Assembly: GCA_963739455.1 (NCBI GenBank)
Contig: CAVUAK010000001.1
Span: 960,001 to 1,024,000, forward strand
DNA from: an uncultured Gemmatimonadales bacterium
Lineage (GTDB): Bacteria; Gemmatimonadota; Gemmatimonadetes; Gemmatimonadales; GWC2-71-9
Direction: 5' to 3'
Length of the DNA stretch: 64,000 nt
Part shown: positions 55,274-64,000 of the stretch, piece by piece
How positions within the stretch are numbered: position 1 is the first letter of the stretch
How the letters are laid out: each line of letters begins with the position of its first letter
Notes under the pieces: model-generated
What the model saw: the letters and a program-made list of their open reading frames with translations, nothing else
What the model was told of the DNA's origin: nothing
The model's database searches: none
Translations under genes and position numbers: made by a program

Positions 55274-58200
55274 ATGTTCATCTCTGATTTCGCGATCAAG
55301 CGGCCGGTCATCACGGTCGTGAGCATGCTGGCGCTCGCCGTCGGCGGTGTCATCGCGCTCCTCAAGCTGCAGACCGACGAGTTCCCCGACGTGGCACCGC
55401 CGTTCGTGTCCGTCGCCATTCCCTACCCGGGCGCCGCACCGGAGACGGTGGAGAAGGAGGTGCTGGACCCGGTCGAGGAGGCGATTGCCTCGATCAGCGG
55501 CGTGAAGAAGGTGAACGGGCGCGCCGAAGACGGGTTCGCGTTCATCCTGATCGAGTTCATCTTCGAGAAGCCCGTTTCCGAGGCGACGCAGGACATTCGC
55601 GACGCCATCTCCGGCATCCGGAACGACCTGCCGACCGGAGATGAAAGAGCCGATCATCAAGAAGCTGAACGACACCGATCGCCCGATCGTGTCGCTGGCG
55701 CTCGCTTCGGACAAGCTGTCGCCGGCCGAGCTGACCCGGCTGGCCGATCCCGGGATCACGCGCGAGCTGCGCTCGATTCCCGGTGTGGCCGAGGTGCTCG
55801 TCACCGGCAAGCAGGAGCGCGAGCTGACGGTGGAGCTCAAGCCGGCAGCGCTGCAGGCGTCGGGCGTGAGCGTGTCGCAGGTGGTGCAGGCGCTCGAGGC
55901 ACAGAACCTTGCCGCGCCGGTGGGCCGGGTCACGGGCCTCTACGACGAGCGGTCCATTCGTCTTCGCGGCCGGCTGCTGGGCCCGGCGGATTTCGCGCAA
56001 CTGGTGGTGGCCGAGCGCAACGGGGCGATCATCCGGCTGGGCCAGGTGGCCGACGTGAAGGATGGCACCGAGGAGCAGCGCACGCTCGCGCTGTTCAACG
56101 GCACCGAGTCGGTCGGCATCGACATCAAGAAGACCAAGGGCTACAGCACCACCGACGTGTCGGCCAAGCTGCTCGAGCGCGTGGAGAAGCTGCAGAAGAC
56201 CCTGCCGGCCGGCACCACGATCAACGTGGTGAAGAACTCGGGCGTGCGCGTGGCGGCGGCCGTGCGGAACGTGCAGGAGACGCTCGTCGAGGGCGCCTTC
56301 CTCACGGTGCTGGTCGTGTTCGTGTTCCTCAACTCATGGCGATCCACGGTCATCACCGGCCTGGCGCTGCCGGTGAGCGTGCTCGCCTCGTTCATCGCGG
56401 TGTGGGCGTTCGGCTTCAAGCTCGAGACGATGTCGCTGCTCGGCCTGTCGCTCGCCATCGGCATCCTGATCGACGACGCGATCGTGGTGCGCGAGAACAT
56501 CGTGCGACACGTCGAGATGGGAAAGGATCACTATACGGCGGCGCTCGAGGGCACCGATGAGATCGGACTCGCGGTCGCGGCCACGACGTTCTCCATCCTC
56601 GCCGTGTTCGTGCCCATCGGCTTCATGTCGGGCGTGGGCGGGCAGTGGTTCAAGCCGTTCGCGCTGACGCTGGCGTGCTCGGTGCTCGTGTCGCTCTTCG
56701 TGAGCTTCTCGCTCGACCCGATGCTGTCGGCCTACTGGGCCGATCCGCACGTGCCCGAGGAGAAGAAGGCCTGGATCACCAAGGTGCTCGACCGCTTCAA
56801 TGCCTGGTTCGGGCGGGTGGCCGAGGGCTACAAGGGCGTGATCGGGTGGGCGCTCGACAATCGCGCGGCGATGGTGGTGGTGGCCCTGGGCGCGTTCTTC
56901 GGCGCGTTCACCCTCCCGGCGAAGGGGCTCACCGGCTTCGCGGCCATCGTGGTCGGCATCCTCGCGGTGGTGTGGGCGCTCTCCGGCAAGCGTGCGCTTG
57001 GGGTCAGGATTGCGGTCATCATCGCAGGGATCCTGGCGTCGGTGGGACTGTTCCGGTCGCTGCCGCCGTGGCGCAAGGTGGGCGTCGGGCTTCTTCCCGC
57101 TCGATGACCGGTCGGAGTTCAACGTCTCCATCGAGACGCCGCCGGGATCGAACCTCGCCTACATGCGGGCCAAGGCCGAGGAGGCCGACCGGCTCATCCG
57201 CGCGCGGAAGGATGTGCGCTACACCTACATCACGCTGGGCGATCCGACGTCGAGCGCGGTGGACGTCGGGCAGATCTACGTCCGGCTCGCCCCGAAGGGC
57301 CAGCGCAAGCTCGGCGCGGAGGCCGATCGCCGCAGAGATTCGCGCGCGAGCTGGCGCGCATGGGCGGCGTGAAGATGGCGGTGTTCACGAGCGATTTCGG
57401 CGGCGGGCGGAAGCAGCTGCTGCTGCAGATCAAGGGCCCCGACCTTGCCGCGATCAACGTGGCGGCGGAGCAGGTGCGCGCGGTCGTCGAGCGCACGCCA
57501 GGCGCCGTCGACATCTCGCTGTCCAGCAAGGGCCAGCGCCCTGAGCTGACGGTCGACCTCGATCGCGGCCTGGCCGGCTCACTCGGCCTCACCGTGGGCC
57601 AGGTGGCGCAGTCGCTGCGACCGGCCTTCGCCGGCATCGACGCCGGCGACTGGGTCGACCCGAGCGGCGAGACGCGCGACGTGATGGTCCGCCTTGCGCC
57701 GGAGGCGCGGCAGCGCGCCGAGGATCTGCGGCAGCTGCCCATCATGGTGCCGGGAAGCACCACCGCCGCGCCGCGCACGGTGCCGCTCGGGCAGGTGGTG
57801 CGACGTGCGGTCTGACCTCGGCCCGGCGGTCATCAACCACCTCGATCGCGACCTGGTGGTCAACGTCGAGTGGAACGTGCAGACCGCTCCACCGGCGAGG
57901 TGATGACCGACGTCATGCGCGAGGTGACGAAGCTGCAGCTGCCTCCCGGCGTCACCTACTCGCAGGGTGGCGACGCCGAGTCGCAGGCGGAGGTGTTCGG
58001 CAACATCTTCCTCGCGCTCGGCGTGGCGGTGCTGCTGATGTACCTCATCCTGGTCATGCAGTTCGGGTCCTTCCTCGATCCGATGGCGATCCTCATGTCG
58101 CTGCCGCTGTCGCTCATCGGCGTGATGCTGGCGCTCGCGGTCACCGGGCTCACGATCAACATCATGAGCCTGATCGGCGTCATCCTGCTCATGGGCATCG

Positions 58201-58574
58201 TGGCGAAGAACGCGATCCTGCTGGTGGACTTCGCGAAGTGGAGCCACGAGAAGGGCAACTCCATCCGCGACGCGCTCATCGAGGCCGGCGCGATCCGGCT
58301 GCGGCCGATCCTCATGACGACGTTCGCGCTCATCGCCGGCATGATCCCGGTGGCGATCGCGCGGGGCGAGGGCGCGCAGTTCCGCCAGCCGCTCGGCGTG
58401 GCCGTCATTGGCGGCGTGCTGACGTCCACGCTGCTTACGCTGCTCGTGATTCCGACGGTCTACGAGATCTTCTATGACTGGAAGGAAGCGCTGATGCACC
58501 GGTTCGGTCGCAAGCGGCACGCGTCACTGACACCGGCCGGCGCGGGAGTTACGCCGGGCGCGGAGCAGCACTAG
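55274..58574 (+). CDS. RND efflux permease (AcrB family), several frameshifts
   Basis: MFISDFAIKRPV, AIGILIDDAIVVREN, AKNAILLVDF, RLRPILMTT. Confidence 0.93.
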
Positions 58575-59395
58575 CACCTGGCCGGAGGGTCCACCACCAG
58601 AGGAACGCCTCCGGCGGCCACGAGCGCGATGCACATGTACTGCGAGTGAGACAGGAGCCCCGATGCACCTCCCGCATCGGGGTCGCGCAGGAACTCCACC
58701 ACGAATCGCTGCGCACCGTAGAGAACGCAGAACAGCGCGGTCGTGCGTCCCACCTGTTCGCGATGTCGGTGCCAGTACCAGCTGGTGACGAGGAATACCA
58801 GGAACGCGGTAGCAGCCATCAGCAGCGTGTTGGGGTGCACCGGCAGCGACCACTGGTCGGTGGGCTGCACCAGGCCCCGCTTCACGTGCGCGGACCACGC
58901 CATGCTTCCCTGCGGGTACCGGATACCCCAGGGCCATGCGGTGACCCGCCCGAAGTCGTCGCCGGTTATCCAGCAGTTCACGCGGCCGATCGCGTCTCCC
59001 AGCTCCCGCCACGCTGGTCCCGATGTCGATCAGGCGCAGTGGTCGCAGCTTTCGCCAGAGCGCGTAGCCGCTCAAGCCGAGGGCGGCGCCGAGGTATGCG
59101 CCCCAGGAGGCGGTGCCCCTCGACCAGTCCAGCAGCTCCGTGAAGCTCATCTCCCAGAAGCGCGTGCGCGTGACGAGATAGAACAGGCGGGTGCCGAGCA
59201 GCGCCCCGATCATCGCGGCAAGGAGCGCCTCGAGCGCGGCATGTCCACCGTAAGCCCCGAACGGGCAGCTCGCCGCGTGAAGAGTGCGCCGCACGCCAGC
59301 ACCGTGACCGCGTAGAGCAGGCCCGGCCTGGGCACCAGGAGGGCGAGCCAGGGAAGGGGACCATCCCGGAACCACGCGACGACAGCGGGATACAT
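58571..59395 (-). CDS. Divergent prolipoprotein diacylglyceryl transferase (Lgt)-like protein, frameshifts near 59003 and 59240
   Basis: GALLGTRLFY, AIGRVNCWITGDDFG, PWGIRYP, PVHP, YGAQRFVVEFLR, SQ. Confidence 0.85.
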
Positions 59396-59492
59396 CAGCA
59401 AACCGCCTTTGGGGTGCTCGGTGAGAATACCTGGGGCGAGACCGCTGCTAGACGGGAAACAGCGCTCCGTCTTACTCCTCAAGGGGGGAACC

Positions 59493-59648
59493 ATGCGTAT
59501 CGAATCCACGAAGTCCAGCCAGTCGCTGTTGCTCTTCCTCTGCTTCCTCGGCCTCAGCCTCTTCACTGGCGCCTGCAGCTCATCGAGCGATGAATGTGGC
59601 AGCGGGTACCACCTCGAGGAGGGTAGCTACGTTCCCGATCGGGACTGA
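59493..59648 (+). CDS. 51-aa putative lipoprotein
   Basis: AAGGGGGG RBS; MRIESTKSSQSLLLFLCFLGLSLFTGA-CSSSSDECGSGYHLEEGSYVPDRD. Confidence 0.65.
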   Translation: MRIESTKSSQSLLLFLCFLGLSLFTGACSSSSDECGSGYHLEEGSYVPDRD

Positions 59649-59660
59649 TCTCCAGCGACG

Positions 59661-60380
59661 TCAGGGTCGGGACCGAAGGACGGTGGCGGGGTCGTTGGTC
59701 ACGATCCCGTTCACGCCGCGCGCCCACAGATGCTGCGCGAGGACTGGATCATCGACTGTCCATACGTGCACGCTCGCGCCGAGCGCGTGAGCGTTCGCCA
59801 CGAACGCGCGCGTGGGGACCGGCAGCACGCCGCGATGCCGCCAGGGAACACTGTAGGCGGTACACCGCAGGTCGGGGACGCCGCGAAGTGGCGCCAGCCA
59901 GAGACGCAGGATGTCCCGCGCCGACGCTCCCACCAGGAACGGCGGCTGCCGGAACGCATCGAGTGCCTCGTCGTGCGCTGAGGCCACGACGACACGCTCA
60001 GCGGCGTTCACCTTGAGCAGCACGCCGGCGATCGCCTCCTGAGCCGCGGGCTCCTTCACCTCGAGCAGGATGGGCAGCGTGATCTCGCGCAGCACCCGCT
60101 CCAGGCTTGGTACCCCGATCGTGTTACCAACACGAATATCGGCCAGTTCCTCCGCGGTTCGGGAGGCAACGGGGCCGCGCGCGGTCGTGGTGCGGTCGAG
60201 CGTCGCGTCGTGGATCACGACAGGAGCGCCGTCCCGTGCCAGGCGCACATCCAGTTCGATGGCATCGGCGCCCACCTCCATGGCCCGCCTGAACGCTGCC
60301 ATTGTGTTCTCCGGCTGCTCGGCGGAGGCGCCGCGATGCGCAATGACGAGCCGGGCGGCTGGGTCGATGAGGGGGTTCAG
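59661..60380 (-). CDS. Glycerophosphodiester phosphodiesterase
   Basis: IAHRGAS..PENT, ELDV, IHD, LEVK, VWTVD. Probable CTG start. Confidence 0.92.
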   Translation of the reverse strand: MNPLIDPAARLVIAHRGASAEQPENTMAAFRRAMEVGADAIELDVRLARDGAPVVIHDATLDRTTTARGPVASRTAEELADIRVGNTIGVPSLERVLREITLPILLEVKEPAAQEAIAGVLLKVNAAERVVVASAHDEALDAFRQPPFLVGASARDILRLWLAPLRGVPDLRCTAYSVPWRHRGVLPVPTRAFVANAHALGASVHVWTVDDPVLAQHLWARGVNGIVTNDPATVLRSRP

Positions 60381-61351
60381 AAGCCCGCAGCGGCTCCGTA
60401 GCGGCGCACGATGTCCGCCGCAGACTCGATGTCACCGATGCCATCGACGCTCTTCCCCGCCTGCCAGTAGTCGCTCGACGAGCCACCGTGCAACGACGCC
60501 TGCTTGAGGCGCATCGCGGAGCGCACGGCGTAGATCGTTCGCATGAGGTGCTTGGTGCGCCGGCCCTTGAGCATCATCCGCGCAACCGGCCCCGCTCGCG
60601 TGCCGATGCGCTGCACATACGGCGTGTTGATCACGGCCAGCGGAACGCCGGTGACCCGCTCGGTCAGCACGATGTCGTCACTGGTGGCCTGGATGAGCGC
60701 GTCCTTGTAGCTCCGGTGCGCGGTGCATTCCGTCGTTGCGATGAACCGCGTGCCGAGTTGCACGCCATCATATCCCAGTGCAAGCAGTCGGGCGAATTCG
60801 CGCTCGTCGCCGACGCCGCCTGCGGCGACGACGGGGCGTCCCAGCGGTCGCAGGGTGTCGAGCAGTACTTCGGCAGGCAGCCGTCCCGCATGCCCACCGG
60901 CCCGGCTGTTCACGGCGATCAGGCCATCGGCACCGTTGTCGAGCGCCTTCCGCGCCCACTTCTCCTCGGTGACGTCGTGATAAACATGCCCACCTGCGGC
61001 GTGGGCCAGTTCAGTGACCCAGCGTGGGTTGCCGAGCGAGGTGACGAAGAAACGGACCCCGCCCTCGATCGACTGCTCCACCCATTCGCGCATGCGCCGC
61101 ATGTAGAGCTTCGATGAAGTCTCGAGGATGACGTTCATGCCCACCGGCCTCGAGGTGAGCGAGCGGATCAGGGCCATCCCTTTCTTGAAGTCGTGGCCAT
61201 GCACGTACACCAGCGACATCGGCTGCACGATGCCGATCCCGCCCGCTTCCGATACCGCGGCCACGAGCTCGGGGTTGCTGCAGGGGTACATCGCTCCGCA
61301 GATGAGCGGGATGCGTATCGACGCGTCACGCGTGAGCGCGGTCTCAGGCAT
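60377..61351 (-). CDS. Nitronate monooxygenase family flavoprotein
   Basis: [39 protein letters not shown]. Confidence 0.9.
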   Translation of the reverse strand: MPETALTRDASIRIPLICGAMYPCSNPELVAAVSEAGGIGIVQPMSLVYVHGHDFKKGMALIRSLTSRPVGMNVILETSSKLYMRRMREWVEQSIEGGVRFFVTSLGNPRWVTELAHAAGGHVYHDVTEEKWARKALDNGADGLIAVNSRAGGHAGRLPAEVLLDTLRPLGRPVVAAGGVGDEREFARLLALGYDGVQLGTRFIATTECTAHRSYKDALIQATSDDIVLTERVTGVPLAVINTPYVQRIGTRAGPVARMMLKGRRTKHLMRTIYAVRSAMRLKQASLHGGSSSDYWQAGKSVDGIGDIESAADIVRRYGAAAGF

Positions 61352-61839
61352 GGGGCGATGGCTGGGCGGGCCGGATGAGCCAGCGCACCTCGGCGCGGGC
61401 AACCACCTCGGTGGCCGACGTTCATGACGTTGGCAATCAGCGTCACTGTCTCCTCGATGCCCGACGGCGCAGGACAGCGGCATTCTGCCGTGAGCGTGCC
61501 ACGCGCCTTCTTCAGGTATTCGATACCGAGGTGAGTCACGATGCCACGTGCATTCTCCGGCAGGCTGGTGAGCATCGCGAGGCCACTCGTCACTTCGGCC
61601 AGGTTGGCGAGCGCCACGGCGTGCACCGAGCCGAGGTGGTTGCGCACCCCGCGACGGTCGCGAAGCATGACGCGGGCATAACCGGGCTCGAGCTCCTGCA
61701 CCCTCGCCCCGAGCGCACCGGTGTAGGGCACCATGCGTCCGAGCATGAGGCTGAACAGGAAGCGCCCGCCGGGGAGCGGTGCGAGGCGACGCCATGCGTC
61801 GCGGAGGCGGCGGCCGGGCGCCGGGAGGGTGCGTGGCAT
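61344..61839 (-). CDS. Hotdog-fold thioesterase-like protein (PaaI/DUF4442), frameshift near 61420
   Basis: [27 protein letters not shown]. Confidence 0.85.
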
Positions 61840-61923
61840 TGAGTGGCTGCCGGAGTGTAGGTGCGGGTCCCGGGCAGCGTCAACGCGACAGTACATTGCA
61901 GGTGACTTGGGACTGGGGGTGTG

Positions 61924-62560
61924 ATGTCGATCGCAGATCTGCGCAGGGAGTACCGGCTGGCCAGCCTCGACGTGCCGGACGTGGACAAGGATCCGGTGGC
62001 CGAATTCGGAAAGTGGCTGGAGCAGGCGCGGCGCGCCGAGATCCTGGAGCCGCATGCCATGACGCTGGCCACCGCCTCGGCGGACGGCGTGCCGTCGGCG
62101 CGGATCGTGCTTCTTCGGGGCTATGACGCGAGCGGCTTCACCTTCTTCACTGACTATCGCAGCCGGAAGGGCCGCGAGCTGGCCGACAATCCGCGCGCGG
62201 CACTGGTATTCCACTGGCCCGACCTGGAACGCCAGGTGCGGATCAGCGGTACGGTGCGGAAGGTGACGCGCCAGGAGTCCGCGACCTATTTCCACTCTCG
62301 TCCCGGGGGCAGCCAGGTCGGTGCCTGGGCATCGCACCAGAGTTCAGTGCTTGGGAGCCGTCAGGTGCTGGAGGATGCTGTGCGCGAGGTGACAAACCGG
62401 TATCGCAGCTGGTGAGGTACCGCTACCCGACTACTGGGGAGGCTACCGGGTCATGCCGGCGGAATTCGAGTTCTGGCAAGGTCGGGAGAGCCGCCTGCAC
62501 GACCGGCTGCGCTATCGCCGCACCGGCGATGCATGGCACATCGAGCGCCTCTCTCCCTGA
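61924..62560 (+). CDS. pdxH: Pyridoxamine 5'-phosphate oxidase, frameshift near 62408
   Basis: LRREY, MTLAT, RIVLL, SRKG, RQVRI, WASHQS, then [13 protein letters not shown] in the shifted frame. Confidence 0.95.
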
Positions 62561-62570
62561 GCGACGCGCC

Positions 62571-63128
62571 TCAGGCCCACGACACTTCGTAGCGGCAAAC
62601 CGCAGCGCCTCGCGCCCGGCACTCCGCTTCTCGCACCTTCACGTCCGTGGCGCCACACAGCTCGAGCGCTCTTCGGTACCATCCCACCACGGTGCGGCAG
62701 TCATTCGCGTTTACGTCCGGCGCCTCGAACGTCGTCAGCACGCCGCTCTTGTCGCCGGTCCTTTCATAGCTGCGGCGGCCAGTCTCGTAGTACATCGCGT
62801 AGATCTGTGGGGCCTTCTCCAGGAACACATGCGGCTCTCCCGGCGCCAGGTAGCCCGAGTGCACGCCGCCCAGGTTGCGATCGGCCGATGCCGCGCCGAG
62901 ACGCTCGAAGACCTCCGCCCCGCCATCGCCGAGCTCGCTTACAATGGCGGCATCGAGCGCGTGGCCCAGCCCGACAGGATACCAGTTGGAGGTGAACAGC
63001 ATGCGCAGGGTGCGCTGGTGATCCGCCGGCATCCGGGCAAGCACGCGCGCCACTCCCTCCTTGCCCGCCGTGTCTTCCACGAACCCGAGCCGCGACTTGA
63101 GCACCGCTCCCTTGATCTGCTGTGACAT
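62571..63128 (-). CDS. Hypothetical protein with V4R-like C-terminus (TIGR02265-like)
   Basis: IKG, SNWYP, DCRTVVGWY, EAECRARGAAVCRY. Confidence 0.6.
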   Translation of the reverse strand: MSQQIKGAVLKSRLGFVEDTAGKEGVARVLARMPADHQRTLRMLFTSNWYPVGLGHALDAAIVSELGDGGAEVFERLGAASADRNLGGVHSGYLAPGEPHVFLEKAPQIYAMYYETGRRSYERTGDKSGVLTTFEAPDVNANDCRTVVGWYRRALELCGATDVKVREAECRARGAAVCRYEVSWA

Positions 63129-63136
63129 TCCACTCC

Positions 63137-63661
63137 TCAGTGACTGGTGGGCACGAATGCGCCCCGCCCCGGCAACGCGGGTTCAAATCGCAACCGTCGG
63201 TCGTCGACCGGCGCGTCAGGCGCCGCCGCCGAAGGGGCTCGCACTCCCGCCAGTGGGTCGCCGGTCAGCGGCGTGAGGGAGAACTGGGCGCGACCCCATG
63301 CCGCCGCATAGATGAGGGTGATGGTCCACAGGCCGGGCACCCCCGCCCGGCTCTCTGTTTCCAGCTGGTACTCGAGCAGGGTCGAGTCGACCACGAAGCC
63401 GCTCGCATCCTGTACCACGAGCAGGCCGTACCCATGGGGAAGGAACGACTGGTGGATGAGGGTCATCCGCTCCATCGGGTTGTTCCACGTGTACGAGACG
63501 CGGTCGCTCACGTTCTGCAGATCCGAGGCGATATAGGCGAACGAATCGCCGACCACGGTGACGGTCTCCTGGTTCTGCGGCTGGATCACGTTGATGACGG
63601 AATCGGCGCAGCCGGTCGTGGCGGCCACGGTGAGCAGGAGCAACTGGGGGAAGTGGCGCAT
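63137..63661 (-). CDS. Hypothetical lipoprotein
   Basis: GGAGG RBS, LLLLTVAATTG-C, beta-rich body. Confidence 0.65.
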   Translation of the reverse strand: MRHFPQLLLLTVAATTGCADSVINVIQPQNQETVTVVGDSFAYIASDLQNVSDRVSYTWNNPMERMTLIHQSFLPHGYGLLVVQDASGFVVDSTLLEYQLETESRAGVPGLWTITLIYAAAWGRAQFSLTPLTGDPLAGVRAPSAAAPDAPVDDRRLRFEPALPGRGAFVPTSH

Positions 63662-63663
63662 GG

Positions 63664-63999
63664 CTAGTCCCTCCACTGCGGGATGGAGGTGGTCAGGTAC
63701 AGGCGGAACTCGCTGTTGTCCCGGGCGACGTTCGTCCGGCCGTAGTAGTTGCTCCAGCGCCAGAGCATGTTGAAGTCGGCACCAAGCCCGACGCGCCCGC
63801 GCCAGTAGATCCGCCCCGTGGCCCCCGTGAACAGCAGCTGGTGATCACCCGGAAATCCGCTGATGATGGGGAGGAACACGTAGCGCGAGTACACACTGAG
63901 CAAGGCCAGGCCGGGCCACGTGACGGCCACATTGCCCAGCCCGCCCAGCCCGATGCCATAGTCATAGTCGCGACCTTCCTGTGTCAGGTAGTAGTCGGA
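63664..63999 (-). CDS. C-terminal fragment of a probable outer-membrane beta-barrel protein
   Basis: Frame open from the window edge: SDYYLTQEGRDYDYGIG..., with alternating aromatic strands. Confidence 0.5.
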   Translation of the reverse strand, partial: SDYYLTQEGRDYDYGIGLGGLGNVAVTWPGLALLSVYSRYVFLPIISGFPGDHQLLFTGATGRIYWRGRVGLGADFNMLWRWSNYYGRTNVARDNSEFRLYLTTSIPQWRD

Positions 64000-64000
64000 C

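Overview
High-GC bacterial chromosomal window, densely coding, with about 65 genes. The gene families and style would fit Gemmatimonadota, but that is inference only. Contents in order: DDAH/yciH/ATP-grasp/methyltransferase/DEAD-box helicase block; ABC-F ATPase; three DinB-like genes, an ATL protein, an aquaporin and peptidases; a complete cbb3-type oxidase cluster (ccoNOQP-GHIS, with three small genes missing from the ORF track) divergent from a TauE-like gene and a cardiolipin synthase; a HEAT-repeat/HD-GYP pair sharing an unnamed N-terminal domain; sahR-ahcY with a visible operator; a ppk2/AI-2E/SulP/VIT block; DUF2950-DUF3300 behind an RND pump; a rhodanese; a TetR-TolC-MFP-RND efflux operon; a divergent Lgt-like gene facing a 51-aa lipoprotein; and GDPD, nitronate monooxygenase and pdxH. 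Around 30 single-base frameshifts cluster in 23-38 kb and 49-62.5 kb and are most likely long-read consensus errors. I found no rRNA, tRNA, CRISPR array or mobile element. The best novelty candidates are the Lgt-like/mini-lipoprotein pair, the HEAT/HD-GYP module and an exported JAB-like protein. All family calls come from motif recognition, not database searches.
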